Counted from the stretch's first letter, positions 11,136 through 20,100 are shown. The stretch is DNA of 64,000 nt from Methanotrichaceae archaeon (GCA_963813075.1 CAWEXU010000030.1:1-64000); one strand, 5' to 3'. Made by a program: numbers and translations. The notes: generated by a model not told the origin, from the letters alone.

Positions 11136-11295
11136 AGGGGGCCCCTTTGCCCGCGGGCCGGAGGCCCGACTCGCGTCGCTCACAAAAAAATAGTTTGCGT
11201 TGATTTAAATTTGTCATAACCACGGCCAGAATTTCTTTAAGCGCAGTTCAAACTTTGGCCTGAGCCCGCCTGACGAATTTTTGCATTAAAATATC
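11136..11295. repeat. Non-coding fold-back repeat X, copy C
   Basis: 5' part and upstream leader (11091-11136) match copy A; 3' part matches copy B. Confidence 0.85.
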
Positions 11296-11505
11296 ACTCC
11301 TCTTTGAGCATCTGGTGGAGGAGCTATTGGTAGCCATGGGCTATGGCGGCTCTCGCCAGGATGCCGGAGAGTCAGTGGGCGGAAGCGGCGATGGCGGGGT
11401 TGACAGCATCATTAAAGAGGACCGGCTGGGATTGGACGCCATCTATCTGCAGGCCAAGAGATGGGAGAGAGAACTATTGGCAGGCAGGTGGTGCAGGCTT
11501 TTGCC
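11296..11505 (+). pseudogene. mrr: Mrr copy 4, internal fragment
   Basis: Same junction with repeat X as copy 3; GDGGVDSII..LQAKRW, ending at QAFA. Confidence 0.85.
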
Positions 11506-11599
11506 CACGCCTTATATTAGATAAAAAGAATTTGTTTTGTGATCTGCTGAACTTGACCAATACATTAAATATATTCAGCTATTAAGCATATCTGCCGGA

Positions 11600-12829
11600 A
11601 TGTCTATGGTAGTTGCATTACGTACAATGGATGGCAAGGTCAGGGTATACGAAACCGCTCGTGGAGAAGGCGGTGGGGAGAATGGGCCTAGCAAATATAT
11701 CACAAAATGCGGGATGGAATGGGAAACATCACCCGAGCCCTATGAATCATGTGATCACATCGACTGTGCTATTGATATACAAAGGAGAAGGGCCGATGGT
11801 GGGTCTAAGTTTTTTCTATTTTCTTTGGTGGCGAGCATCATTCTGTTTTTTATAATCAAAGATGGATGGGACTGGGTCATAGCAGGTGTTTTAATTTTAG
11901 TAGGTATCTTATCTTTTTTCAATAGTTTCGGTGCTGAAGACAAATCCAAAGAATTAACTGAGTACAATCACCAGAGGACAATTAATGGAATAAGAGCTTA
12001 TCCCGCGGATGTACTCACCGGATTGATGACAGAAAAAGATTGCATGAGTTACGGCCTTGTTCTTTGTGGTAAAGGCAGATATGAAGATGCCATAGAAGCT
12101 TTTGATAAGGCTATCAAGCTGAATCCCAGCTCTGCCGTGGCCTGGAATAATAAAGGCAACGCTCTAAAATTGCAGAATAAGCACGATGAAGCCATCATGG
12201 CTTTTGATAAGTCTGTTGAGTTGAATCCAAAATATACAGATGCCTGGAACAACAAAGGAATGGCCCTTTATGATCAGCATAAATATGATAAATCTATCCT
12301 AGCCTATGACACCGCCCTGGAAATAAAACCAAAGCTTGCGAAGGCCTGGTACAATAAAGGCTTGGCTCTCTGTAATCAGGGCAAATACCAAGAGGCTATT
12401 TGGGCCTATGATAAAGCCATTAAAAATGATTCGAAAAATATAGATGCCTTGTATAACAAAAGCATAACTCACAGGTCGCTCGGTCAAATCAAAGAAGCAG
12501 ACGAAACCTTAGACCTGGCTAAAAGAGAGCTGAACTGCAAAGGAGCGGAACTATCCAATAGCGAAAAGCATTTTGAGGCTATCCAAGCTTTTGATAAAGC
12601 CATAGGAATCGATCCAAAATTTTTATGTGCCTGGGTCAATAAGGGCATAACACTATCTAAAATGGGCCGGTTTGGGGAGGCGATCGAAGCGATAAATCAT
12701 GCCATTGAAATTAATCCGGAAAGCCCACGTGCCTGGAAATACAAAGGAATTATTCTCAAAAGAGCAGGTAGTAAGGTCGATTCAAAGCATGCTTTGGCCA
12801 GGGCCAGGGAGCTGGGGTATAAAGGCTAA
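11600..12829 (+). CDS. Membrane-anchored tetratricopeptide-repeat protein
   Basis: Two TM helices followed by multiple AWxNKG..L..A..AxDKA TPR units. Confidence 0.88.
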   Translation: MSMVVALRTMDGKVRVYETARGEGGGENGPSKYITKCGMEWETSPEPYESCDHIDCAIDIQRRRADGGSKFFLFSLVASIILFFIIKDGWDWVIAGVLILVGILSFFNSFGAEDKSKELTEYNHQRTINGIRAYPADVLTGLMTEKDCMSYGLVLCGKGRYEDAIEAFDKAIKLNPSSAVAWNNKGNALKLQNKHDEAIMAFDKSVELNPKYTDAWNNKGMALYDQHKYDKSILAYDTALEIKPKLAKAWYNKGLALCNQGKYQEAIWAYDKAIKNDSKNIDALYNKSITHRSLGQIKEADETLDLAKRELNCKGAELSNSEKHFEAIQAFDKAIGIDPKFLCAWVNKGITLSKMGRFGEAIEAINHAIEINPESPRAWKYKGIILKRAGSKVDSKHALARARELGYKG

Positions 12830-13382
12830 TATCAAGTCCCAGGCAGGCCAGCGCCGAAATCCACCGCGCCCTTGTAAGGAGGAGCCGATCACCGAAGTGA
12901 TGGCCTGACCCTGCCCGAAGCTCGACTTTGGTTAAGCCCGGCTCGAGGCTCGCTTAGCACTGGAATTTTGCCACAGCGTCCCAATTGCAGGAACCCAAAC
13001 TCACTGGGCCTAATGCTCGCCTCTCGCCTTTGGCTTTTTGCCGCAACATGTCCCGGTCGTGTATTAGCATGAGATCCTTTCGGCAGATTACTGCACCAGT
13101 TACAGTGCGCAACTTTTTTGCAGCCGAACTTTCAGTCTCACAGGCTCGTAGCCGAATGCAGTGCCACGACGACACGCATCTCCTGGAACAAGGAAAGCGA
13201 TCCGATCTGTATGCGACCGCAAACTGCACCCCCAGAGGGGACAGCGCTTGAATCATCCTTGCCAAACAGAGCATTATCGGAATACGTTAAGCCCACGACA
13301 CACCCGCCACCCTTTGCATGAAGCGGCAAACTATCTATATAATCGTTATAGATATTTGTAGTTTGCGGTTGGATTCTGAGCT
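12829..13382. repeat. Long direct repeat Y, copy 1 (~554 bp)
   Basis: Nearly identical to 15674-16226, from atatcaagtccc to ttctgagct. Confidence 0.95.
12835..13312 (-). ncRNA. Candidate large structured ncRNA, copy 1
   Basis: TATA box at 13335-13342 (minus strand); closing 5'/3' stem, several long-range stems and a c(UUCG)g hairpin; no convincing ORF. Confidence 0.6.
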
Positions 13383-13436
13383 TCGTATAAGATCCGAACG
13401 ATATCCATTTTAACCAAAGTTCACCTTAGTAAACAT

Positions 13437-13781
13437 ATGAGCGCTTCGAAGAAAGGAATGCCTCCACCGGTATCAGTATCAATAGGTGCAAAGATTGCGC
13501 CTGAACAGGCAGCGCAGATCCGGGAGCTGACCGAGGCGGGATTGTACCTTGACGAGTCCGATTTTGTCAGAGACGCCATCAGGCACAGACTGTATGAAAT
13601 CAAGGTCATCAAATGCAGAGAAGTCGATTTCCAGACGGCCAAGAAAGAGATCTTGGGGTACTACAAGGCCAGAGGGGAAGAGTATCCGGACGAGGCGGCA
13701 AGGGATCTTGAGCTTGATTTTGATCTGGTGATGAAAGCGACTGGCGAGCTGCGCCGAGAAGGCAGGCTGGTGGAAGCATAG
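13437..13781 (+). CDS. Ribbon-helix-helix (CopG-like) protein with a C-terminal HTH-like region
   Basis: IRELTEAGLYLDESDFVRDAIR is a typical archaeal CopG/RHH motif. Confidence 0.8.
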   Translation: MSASKKGMPPPVSVSIGAKIAPEQAAQIRELTEAGLYLDESDFVRDAIRHRLYEIKVIKCREVDFQTAKKEILGYYKARGEEYPDEAARDLELDFDLVMKATGELRREGRLVEA

Positions 13782-13926
13782 CGGCTGGCTTTGGTGATGC
13801 TCTGCATGCCTCGAAGATCTATGCTGAGGCCAGAAAGATATTTGGCCCGCGGGTGATGGTGAAGACTGGCAGGCACAAGGCTCTTTAGAGTAGATTTATA
13901 TCTGAAAAAGCAGAAATTGAAGACCA

Positions 13927-14154
13927 ATGAAACGCCTTTATGACTACACTGTAATCCTTCGCCCCGAAGACAATGGTACATTCGTGGCCTATGTACCTGC
14001 AATTCCTGGCTGCCATGCCTGGGGCCAGACCCCCCAGGAGGCTCAGATGGAGCTGACGAACGTCTTCGAGATGATACGGGATGAGTACAAAGAAGAAGGG
14101 CGCATGCTTCCCGCAGATATTGATGCGTTGGCTACTCATGCCTGCCAAAGCTAA
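13927..14154 (+). CDS. hicB: HicB-family antitoxin
   Basis: YTVILRPEDNGTFVAYVPAIPGCHAWGQTPQEA motif. Confidence 0.9.
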   Translation: MKRLYDYTVILRPEDNGTFVAYVPAIPGCHAWGQTPQEAQMELTNVFEMIRDEYKEEGRMLPADIDALATHACQS

Positions 14155-14353
14155 AGACCTGCAAAAAGCAGCCAGAAAACTTGGATTTCGAGTGGTAAGG
14201 CAAAAGGGCAGCCATGCCAGATGGAAACATCCCGATGGCCGAGCCACAACCATTCCCATACATGGCAATAGCGAGATTGGAGGCTGGCTTCTGTACGAAA
14301 TTTTAAAACAGCTTGAAATAACAGAAGAGGAATTCAGAAGGCTCTTGGAATAA
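14138..14353 (+). CDS. hicA: HicA-family toxin
   Basis: LGFRVVRQKGSHARWKHPDGR..TIPIH motif; overlaps the end of hicB. Confidence 0.92.
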   Translation: MPAKAKDLQKAARKLGFRVVRQKGSHARWKHPDGRATTIPIHGNSEIGGWLLYEILKQLEITEEEFRRLLE

Positions 14354-14529
14354 GGCGCGGTGCGCTAGAGACAGATGTCCCAACAGCAATCTACGCCCTC
14401 TGAGGAGTCTAATGGCAATCTCCGGCGCACACGAGTCTGCGAGCCGTCCGCGGACACGGGAGAGCCGTATGCAAACCCAAAAGTTTTTTAATAGATCATC
14501 CTGATAGAGACTGAGCATAGAGGGATCGA

Positions 14530-15159
14530 ATGAGATCGATTACAATCTTAGCGTTATTTTTGTTCCTGATAGGGCCATGCATCGCATATGCGGAAACAAT
14601 GGCCGAACCTGAGAATATCAGCATTTCAGGAGATGGCCAGGAAGCATCACAGGAGTTTTTCCTGGATGAAGGCCTGTCGATATTCTCCATGAAGCATTCT
14701 GGTTCGAGCAACTTCGCCGTCTGGCTGCTGGATAGCAGTGGTAATAAAGTCGATCTGCTGGCCAATGAGGTAGGGGATTTTGATGGCGCCAAGGCCGTAG
14801 GGATATCCCAATCGGATGACTATGTTTTGGATATAGATGCTGATGGTCCATGGATGGTGGATATAAGCCAACCAAGACCCGAGACTGCCCAAAGCGCTCC
14901 AGTCTCATTTAGCGGAACAGGACAACAAGTCCCCCCATTATTCGAGTTAGGCCCGGGACTGGCACGGTTCGAAATGGAGCATGATGGGGAGAGAAATTTT
15001 GCTATATGGCTGCTGGATAGCAATGGGGAGATGGTTGATCTCCTGGTAAATGAAATTGGCTCATTCGATGGATCAAAAGCAACAGGCATAGAAGATAGGG
15101 GAATATACTGCCTGGATATCAGCGCAGACGGCAATTGGAGGATAAATATCAGCCAATGA
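14530..15159 (+). CDS. Secreted acidic protein with two internal repeats
   Basis: Signal peptide; duplicated SGxGQ..H.G..NFA.WLLDS.G..VDLL.NE.G.FDG.KA unit. Confidence 0.85.
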   Translation: MRSITILALFLFLIGPCIAYAETMAEPENISISGDGQEASQEFFLDEGLSIFSMKHSGSSNFAVWLLDSSGNKVDLLANEVGDFDGAKAVGISQSDDYVLDIDADGPWMVDISQPRPETAQSAPVSFSGTGQQVPPLFELGPGLARFEMEHDGERNFAIWLLDSNGEMVDLLVNEIGSFDGSKATGIEDRGIYCLDISADGNWRINISQ

Positions 15160-15247
15160 ATAGACCGCCAAGCAGAAAGCCAGGGCTATTGAAAGCCGCG
15201 GCCCTGGCTATCAAGATCTAAATAGCAAGAATTACCAGGTAATATCT

Positions 15248-15400
15248 ATGGGCGAGGTTCCAGAGCGCCGGATCATAACCCAGGACATCCCTTACGACCG
15301 GGAGGAACCAAGCGGTGAGAGAGAGATCACCAGAGGACTTATGAGGCTCTCGCAGCACGCGCTATCTAAATATGTAGATAATGAGCCTGATATTTATTGA
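15248..15400 (+). CDS. Putative small antitoxin (50 aa)
   Basis: Hand-translated ..GLMRLSQHALSKYVDNEPDIY*; TGATG overlap with the downstream MazF-like start. Confidence 0.5.
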   Translation: MGEVPERRIITQDIPYDREEPSGEREITRGLMRLSQHALSKYVDNEPDIY

Positions 15401-15504
15401 TGAGAGGAAAGATCGTTGTAATCCCATTCCCTTTTACAAAATCGATTTTGAACCCAGATACCATAAATGGAGCTTTAGACCTGGCCAGCCATTATGCCCC
15501 ATAA
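15400..15504 (+). pseudogene. Truncated MazF/PemK-like toxin N-terminus
   Basis: MRGKIVVIPFPFT matches the PemK/MazF start (xGDIVLVPFPFT), then unrelated sequence and a stop. Confidence 0.55.
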
Positions 15505-15679
15505 CTCCTGAAATATGGATAAGAAGGAGGGAGGCAAAAGTCAATTGGATGTAGGAGGGAAAAATGGCCATCGACTTTCGCCAATATACTATACGTCAAT
15601 TGCCGATATAAAAGCATTTCGCTTCAGGCTGAAAAGATCATTTCCACCCCAAAGAAATCATCAAGAGAATGAGATATCA

Positions 15680-16156
15680 AGTCCCAGGCGGGCCAGCGCC
15701 GAAATCCACCGCGCCCTTGTAGGAGGAGCCGATCACCGAAGTGATGGCCTGACCCTGCCCGAAGCTCGACTTTGGTTAAGCCCGGCTCAAGGCGACGTTA
15801 GCACTGGAATTTTGCCACAGCGTCCCAATTGCAGGAACCCAAACTCACTGGGCCTAATGCTCGCCTCTCGCCTTTGGCTTTGTGCCGCAACATGTCCCGG
15901 TCGTGTATTAGCATGAGATCCTTTCGGCAGATTACTGCACCAGTTACAGTGCGCAACTTTTTTTGCAGCCGAACTTTCAGTCTCACAGGCCCGTAGCCGA
16001 ATGCAGTGCCACGACGACACGCATCTCCTGGAACAAGGAAAGCGATCCGATCTGTATGCGACCGCAAACTGCCCCCCGGAGGGGACAGCGCTTGAATCAT
16101 CCTTGCCAAACAGAGCATTATCGGAATACGTTAAGCCCACGACACACCCGCCACCC
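15680..16156 (-). ncRNA. Candidate large structured ncRNA, copy 2
   Basis: Stems 16140-16152/15687-15701 and 16113-16120/15855-15862; UUCG hairpin at 15732-15745; UCCG hairpin near 16069-16088. Confidence 0.6.
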
Positions 16157-16178
16157 TTTGTATGAAGCGGCAAACTAT

Positions 16179-16186
16179 CTATATAA
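16179..16186 (-). promoter_or_regulatory. Archaeal TATA box (TTATATAG) upstream of the candidate ncRNA; same element at 13335-13342
   Basis: About 30 nt upstream of the predicted 5' G run; embedded in a palindrome. Confidence 0.55.
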
Positions 16187-16316
16187 TCGTTATAGATATT
16201 TGTAGTTTGCGGTTGAATTCTGAGCTCTGGCGAAAGCTATTACTTCACCAGGTGCGACAGAGAGAGGGCCTGGCCTTCAAGATATCCTGAGCAGGCCGAG
16301 AGGGAGATAGGGAAAA

Positions 16317-16490
16317 TTGGCTAAGAAAAGGAAGAAGAATGACGCCATCATGACCGGCATCCTGGTTACCCGGTTCCAGATGGGCCAGATCAGTGTGGTG
16401 GACCTGGAGCAGATGGCAGCAGATACCTCCCGGGCGGAGAGGTGCTCGGCGGCGAAGAAGGTGCTGGAAGCGATTGAGGATTCTGCCTGA
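16317..16490 (+). CDS. Small hypothetical protein (57 aa)
   Basis: Hand-translated from TTG: MAKKRKKNDAIMTGILVTRFQMGQISVVDLEQMAAD..EDSA*; GC-rich codons like the core genes. Confidence 0.5.
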   Translation: MAKKRKKNDAIMTGILVTRFQMGQISVVDLEQMAADTSRAERCSAAKKVLEAIEDSA

Positions 16491-16499
16491 TCGTGCCGC

Positions 16500-16850
16500 A
16501 GACGGATGTGATGAGAGCACAAGGGCCAAATTTTGGACCTATCGATCACGGGCACCATTTTTCCTGCAGCAATTCCTGAGCATCCGCATGCATCAGCTTA
16601 TAATCGTAGGAAATCCGGCCGGCAAAGATGTCGAGGGTGTGACTTCCCTTGATTGCAACCCTGTCCAAGCCCAGACTACATACCTCTTCTCCAGTTGCAA
16701 ACGCCTCGAAACCAGAGCTCTTGGCAGCTTCAAGGAGCCTGGCCTTGCTTCAGCATCCCTGCAGACCAGATCGATGTCCTTGGTCACGTCCTTAAGGCCG
16801 TACTCCAGCATGGCTGCTCCACCAGGCCAATATCTTGCAGCCTGGTTATG
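16500..16850 (-). pseudogene. Nucleotidyltransferase (DUF6036-like) remnant
   Basis: GGAAMLEYGLKDVTKDIDLVC motif (GG..D.D); frames are broken and limits approximate. Confidence 0.55.
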
Positions 16851-16905
16851 ATCCGGGAGACAGAGCCCTTTAAGATGTATAATTTCAATTACATACTAAA
16901 AACGA

Positions 16906-16978
<73 letters not shown>

Positions 16979-16984
16979 TGGAAG

Positions 16985-17058
16985 TGGGCCCGACGCGATT
17001 CGAACGCATGACCTCCGCCATGTCAAGGCGACGTCATAACCAGCTAGACCACGGGCCC
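16985..17058 (-). tRNA. tRNA-Val(GAC)
   Basis: Cloverleaf GGGCCCG..TTGACAT..GTTCGAATC..CGGGCCCA. Confidence 0.96.
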
Positions 17059-17195
17059 GCAAGCAGGTTTCCTATCCTCTCCTCGCAGATAAAGGCTTCG
17101 GTCAGGCAGAAAGGGGGCGCGCAGGGGAATAATCCCGCCGGGGCGAGAATGCATACTGCCCGCCATCCCTCCCAACTCCGCCCTACCCGCATGTT

Positions 17196-20100
17196 TCAGG
17201 TGTAATAGACCTCCCGGTGATACTCGTCCAGGGCCTTGATGGTGACCTGATCCTTCCCGGCGAGGAGAATGGCATCAGCCGCCGCCTGCGCCGCCTGGAT
17301 GGTGGTGATATAGGGCACATGATAGTCCACTGCGCTCCGCCGGATCTGATAGCCGTCTTTGACCGACTGCTTGGTGGTGGGGGTGTTTATGATCAGCTTC
17401 ACCTCCCCCCGTTTCATGTAGTCCAGCACATTGGGGCTGCCGTTATAGATCTTCTGCACTCTCTCCACCTTTATTCCCGATTTTGAGAGATACTCGGCGG
17501 TATTGTCCGTGGCGATTATCTCCAGGCCGGCGTCAGTGAGCTTTCTCGCCGCCACCGCCGCCGCCGCCTTGTCCTCGTCTTTGACCGATATGAAGACCAC
17601 TCCCCCCAGGGGCAGGGGATTGTAGGCGGACAGCTCCGCCTTGAAGAAGGCCAGCCCCAGCTGGTAGTCTATGCCCATCACCTCTCCCGTGGACCTCATC
17701 TCCGGGCCCAGGAGGGCATCCGCCCCGGGCAGCTTATCGAATGGCAGCAGAACCTCTTTGACTGCCACATAGGGCACCTTGGGCTCCCTGGTGTACCCCT
17801 GCTCGGCCAATGATTTGCCGATCATCACATTGGCGGCGATCTTGGCCAGGGGCAGGCCGGTGGCCTTGGAGACGAAAGGTATGGTCCGGCTGGAGCGGGG
17901 GTTGGCCTCCAGCACATAAACCGTGCCGTCCTTGTAGGCCATCTGCAGGTTCACGATTCCGATCACACCAAGACCCAGAGCGATCTTGCGCACGTAGTCC
18001 CGCACCACCTCTAAGACGACGCCGGGCAATGTCTGGGGCGGTATCATGCAGGCGCTGTCGCCCGAATGAATGCCCGCCTCCTCGATATGCTCCATGATCG
18101 CCCCGATCAGAACATCCGTCCCGTCGCAGACGGCATCCACATCTATCTCCACCGCATCCTGCAGGAAGTCGTCGATCAGAACCGGATGCTCCCGCGAGAC
18201 CCGCACCGCCTCCTGCATGTACACGTCCAGGCCCTTCTCGTCATATACGATCTCCATCGCCCTGCCCCCAAGAACGTAGCTGGGCCGGACCAGGACTGGA
18301 TAGCCAATCCTGGACGCCACCTCCCGCGCCTCCGCCGGTGAGAAGGCAATGCCTGCATCAGGCTGGGGGATGTTCAGCCTGGTCATGAGATCATTGAACC
18401 TCTCCCGGTCCTCAGCCAGGTCGATGCTGTCGGGCGAGGTGCCCAGAATCCTGCGTCTTCAGCCCCAGGCGGGCGATCTCCTTTTCCAGAGGGAGGGCCA
18501 GGTTTATGGCCGTCTGGCCGCCGAACTGGACCATCAGGCCGTAAGGCTCCTCCTTCTCGATGATGTTCATCACATCCTCCAGGGTGACCGGCTCGAAGAA
18601 GAGCTTGTCCGAGGTATCATAATCGGTGGAGACGGTCTCCGGATTGTTATTGACGATATGGGCTTCGATTCCCTGCTCCCGCAGGGCCATCACCGCATGA
18701 ACGGTGCAGTAGTCGAACTCTATCCCCTGGCCGATCCGGATGGGACCCGAGCCCAGGATCAGAACCTTCTTTCGGCCGGATGGCACCAGCTCGCACTCCG
18801 TATCATAGGATGAGTAGTAATAGGGGGTGGTGGCCTGGAACTCCGCAGCGCAGGTATCCACCATCTTGAAGGTGGGAATTATCCCCAGGGATCGGCGCAG
18901 ATCGGCTATCTCCTCCCGGCTCCGCCCCACCAATGCCCCGATCTGCTCATCGGTAAAGCCCGTCCTCTTCGCCCGGCGCAGGATATCCGGATCCATAATA
19001 GAACCCAGATCCTGAGCCTGATTCGGACCCAGATCCTTACCCAGACCTGGACCCTTAGCCCGCCTTATCTCCTCCTCCATCCGAACGATATTCTCAATCC
19101 GGTAGAGGAAATAGGGCCCAATGCCGGTGATATCCGCGATCTCCTCGGGACTGGTTCCCCTCTTCAGAGCCTCATAGATGGCAAACAGTCGGTCGTCTGT
19201 GGGATTTACCAGCAGATCCCGCAGCTCCTCGTCCGTCCAGGGGGAATACTTTCCCTTGTATCCGAAATCCTTGTCGATATCCAAAGACCGGACGGCCTTC
19301 AAGAGCGACTCCTCGTAGCTCCTGCCGATGGCCATCACCTCGCCGGTGGACTTCATGGCGGTGGTCAGAGTCTTGTCCGCCCGGACGAACTTGTCAAAAG
19401 GCCAGCGGGGGATCTTGGTCACCACATAATCCACCATCGGCTCGAATGATGCCGGCGTCTCCCGGGTGACATCGTTTCTGATCTCATCCAGGGTCATGCC
19501 GATGGCGATCTTGGCAGTGACCCTGGCTATCGGATAGCCGGTGGCTTTGGAGGCCAGGGCGCTGGAGCGGGAGACACGGGGGTTGACCTCAATCACCCGG
19601 TACTCGCCGTCCTTTGCCGCGAACTGGATGTTGCAGCCCCCCTCGATCTTCAGAGCGCGAATGATATTGATGGCCGCGCTCCTGAGCATCTGGATCTCAT
19701 GGTCGGTGAGGGTCTGGATGGGGGTCACCACTATCGACTCGCCAGTATGAATCCCCATGGGGTCCATGTTCTCCATATTGCAGATGGTGATGCAGGTGTC
19801 ATTGCTGTCCCTCATCACCTCATACTCCAGCTCCGTCCAGCCCCCCACGCTTTCTTCGAGGAGTACCTGGCTGATCCTGGACCTCTTCAGCCCCAGGTCG
19901 CAGATCTGAATGAGCTCCTCCCGGGTCTTGGCTATCCCCCCACCCGAGCCGCCCAAGGTATAAGCGGGCCTGACCACCAGGGGCAGACCAAGCTCCTCCA
20001 TAACCTCCAAAGCCTCATCCAGAGTGTTGACCGCCCGGCTCTCAGGCACCGGCTCGCCCACCCTCTGCATGGCCTGCTTGAACAGGTCCCGGTCCTCCGC

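Larger units (their letters stand above)
15674..16226. repeat. Long direct repeat Y, copy 2 (~553 bp)
   Basis: Nearly identical to 12829-13382. Confidence 0.95.

Noticed and set aside
9645..11295. Repeat X as integron attC sites or a CRISPR array
   Set aside because: No RYYYAAC/GTTRRRY cores and no integrase; units are 160-210 bp with irregular spacing, and there are no cas genes.
12954..13361. ORFs of 60-130 aa inside repeat Y (also 15515-16205)
   Set aside because: Atypical composition, several overlapping frames, and indels between the two copies alter them; RNA structure explains the sequence better.
14392..14425. Hammerhead ribozyme (CTGAGGA followed by a short stem)
   Set aside because: The GAAA core and the UH cleavage site are missing, and stem I is not adjacent.
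15680..16156. Repeat Y as RNase P, SRP RNA, group I/II intron or IscB omegaRNA
   Set aside because: No GAGGAAAGUCC-type RNase P box, no SRP helix-8 motif, no complete domain V or P7/S consensus recognisable by eye, and no adjacent RT, IscB or TnpB. A cmscan is still needed.
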